Source: Candidatus Latescibacterota bacterium (GTDB taxonomy: Bacteria > Latescibacterota > UBA2968 > UBA8231). Taken from it: a DNA stretch of 64,000 nucleotides. The stretch covers positions 5,696,001 to 5,760,000 of the forward strand of contig OZ242214.1 in NCBI GenBank assembly GCA_965206595.1. Reading direction: 5' to 3'. Each line of letters starts with the position of its first letter. The stretch's first letter is position 1. The notes under the pieces are model-generated. The model was not told the origin of the DNA and searched no databases. It saw only the letters and a list, made by a program, of their open reading frames with translations. Made by a program: the position numbers and the translations under genes. Positions 61,967 through 64,000 of the stretch are shown in pieces.

Positions 61967-64000
61967 CTACCTGTCCCCGGCGGCGTGGACGACCCGGCGG
62001 AACCACAGCGCCAGGTCGTCGAGGAGGGAGTACAGGGTAGGGGCCAACACGAGTGTCAGCACGGTGGAGCAGATGAGCCCGCTGACGACGACGAGGCCGA
62101 CCGGACCCCAGCGCCTGGCGAACCCTTCCGAGGTTCCGTAGACCATGGGCAGAACCAGCGGCATCAGGTTGAGGACGGTGGTCGTGGCCGTCATCAGGAT
62201 CGGCCGCAGGCGGTTCTGGCCCCCGCGCAGGATCGCCTCGGTACGGGCCATGCCCTGGCGGCGGTAGTGGTTTATGTGATCGATGAGCACGATCCCGTTG
62301 TTGACGACGATGCCGAACAGAATCAGCAGTCCGAGGATGCCGTTGTTGTCCAGCGGCACGTCGAGCAGGTAGAGGCCGACCGAGACGCCGATCAGGGAAA
62401 AGGGAATGGCAAGCATGATCGTGAAGGGGTGAATCAGCGACTCGAACAGCGAGGCCATGATCAGGTAGATGAGCAGCAGCGCGAACAGCAGCGTGAAGGT
62501 GTTGCCCTGGGTGTCCTGCTGCATCCAGCGCGCACCCCTCCCCAGGTCCCACGAGTACCCTGCCGGCAGGGAGAAACCGGCCATCATGCTGCGCACCGGA
62601 TCCATCAGGGAGAACGCCTGCATGCGGGTCTCGGTGTTGGCGAAGATGTTCATGGTGTGCTCGCGGTCTTCGCGCACCAGGTTCTTCGGGCCTTCGGCGA
62701 CCTGGAAGTCGGCTACCGCCGCCAGCTGGATGCGCATTTCGTCGCGGCCTTCGAAACTGCTGTTTTTCAGTTGCTCGAGGTCGACCCGGTCCTCCTCCTC
62801 GAGCTGCAACACCAGGTCTATTTCCCGGTCTTCCGCTTTGAAGGTCGAGGTGCGCCGGGTCCCCAGCGCCGTGGATATGGTGGTGGCGACGTCGCGCGGC
62901 GACAGCCCGTACTCCAGGGCCTGCTCGCGGTCGACGGCGACGCGGATCTCCTCCTCCCCGTCCTCGCGGCTGGTGTCGACGTCCTTGACCCCGGGCAGCT
63001 GTCCGAGGGCGGATTCGATGTCTTCGGCGAGCAGGGCCAGCACGTCCTGGTCGCGTCCCTTCAGCTGCACCTCGACTCCCAGCATGTTACCCTGCCAGCT
63101 GCGCTGCCGCCCCATCTTCCAGGTCACCCCGACCGTCTCCGGCAGCAGCGCCTTTATCGCTTCGCCCGCTTCGATAGAGGTCAGGCTGCCCTCGTCGGCA
63201 TTGACGAGGCGTGCCGTAATCCTGCCGCGGCGCTGGCCGAAACTGGTGTTCAGCGACTCGATGTCGAGCTCCCCGGCGCGCGCCAGCAGCCGCTGCTCGA
63301 TGTCGCGGAACATCGCTTCCACCTCCTCGAGGGAGTAGTTCCTGTCGATCTCGACGGAGATGTCGACGCGGCGCTCCGGAGTCCAGGGAGTGCCGCGCTG
63401 CTCCAGCTGCATGAACAGGTAGATCCCGGTCGCCATCAGCAAGGCGGAGGCCAGCAGGGTCGCGAGGCGGTGCGCCAGGGTCCAGCGCAGCAGGCCGATG
63501 TAGGCGCTGCGCATGCCGCGGCGGCGGCACTGCCAGGCGGCTGCCGCGGTGACCGCCCCGGCGGCTGCCAGACCCGCCGCGGTCGTCCACTGCATGCCGG
63601 CGAAGCCCGCGGCGACGCGGCTGCCGGTGCGTCCGGCCCAGTCAACCAGGCCATCCCAGGTGAGCTCGTGGAACCCCATGGCGGCCAGAACCAGCAGGGC
63701 CAGCAACACCATGCCTTTCAGCACGCGGTCGTAGCGGTCGTAGCGGTCCTTGAAGAGGCGGGAGCTGGCCAGCGGAATGAGAGCCAGCGAGACCACCGTC
63801 GACACGGCTACGGCCAGGCAGATCGCCAGCCCGGCGTCCCTCATCCAGGCCGTCATGCGGCTGCTCGAAAGAAAGAAGAAGGGTATGAATACGACTACCG
63901 TGGTCAGCGAGGAGGCGATGACCGCCATGCCGATCTCGCGCGCCCCCGATAGCGCCGCCTCGGCCGGCTCCGCCCCTTCTTCCTGGCGCCGGCGGAAGAT
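61967..64000 (-). CDS. RND (AcrB/D/F) efflux permease, 5' part outside the window
   Basis: SSLTTVVVFIP, YLIMASLFES, GIVVNNGIVLID, RLRPILMT. Confidence 0.93.
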   Translation of the reverse strand: MFRRRQEEGAEPAEAALSGAREIGMAVIASSLTTVVVFIPFFFLSSSRMTAWMRDAGLAICLAVAVSTVVSLALIPLASSRLFKDRYDRYDRVLKGMVLLALLVLAAMGFHELTWDGLVDWAGRTGSRVAAGFAGMQWTTAAGLAAAGAVTAAAAWQCRRRGMRSAYIGLLRWTLAHRLATLLASALLMATGIYLFMQLEQRGTPWTPERRVDISVEIDRNYSLEEVEAMFRDIEQRLLARAGELDIESLNTSFGQRRGRITARLVNADEGSLTSIEAGEAIKALLPETVGVTWKMGRQRSWQGNMLGVEVQLKGRDQDVLALLAEDIESALGQLPGVKDVDTSREDGEEEIRVAVDREQALEYGLSPRDVATTISTALGTRRTSTFKAEDREIDLVLQLEEEDRVDLEQLKNSSFEGRDEMRIQLAAVADFQVAEGPKNLVREDREHTMNIFANTETRMQAFSLMDPVRSMMAGFSLPAGYSWDLGRGARWMQQDTQGNTFTLLFALLLIYLIMASLFESLIHPFTIMLAIPFSLIGVSVGLYLLDVPLDNNGILGLLILFGIVVNNGIVLIDHINHYRRQGMARTEAILRGGQNRLRPILMTATTTVLNLMPLVLPMVYGTSEGFARRWGPVGLVVVSGLICSTVLTLVLAPTLYSLLDDLALWFRRVVHAAGDR

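Overview
High-GC bacterial chromosomal window. An alpha2-type GlyRS and a C-terminal 'SWGxIK' motif are compatible with a Latescibacterota/Poribacteria-like lineage (inference only). Layout: (i) 1-10.4 kb is accessory, with a BlaI/M56 pair and its operators, a stack of ISL3/ISKra4/IS1380 elements and a GT-C/TPR gene; (ii) 10.5-17.1 kb holds oxidoreductases, a CnbZ-like gene and an orphan sat; (iii) 17.2-30.9 kb is a decayed, IS-riddled island; (iv) 31-64 kb is mostly housekeeping (purN, prpBC, purA, serA, engB, clpXP, tig, tRNA-Leu, glyQS, recO, proB, hisFH, proC, carA, aroC, TolC/RND). The best candidate for an undescribed system is in the island: two tandem units of a 110-aa ORF followed by a conserved hairpin RNA, then an ECF-like sigma factor. 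A 26-bp bipartite motif CCGACAY-N13-YCGGTA occurs four times in nearby intergenic DNA and looks like the sigma's own promoter. One copy would be autoregulatory, two precede cargo genes and one has lost its gene. Two island genes can be rebuilt in frame by removing IS elements at their target-site duplications. All product calls come from motif recognition, not database searches.
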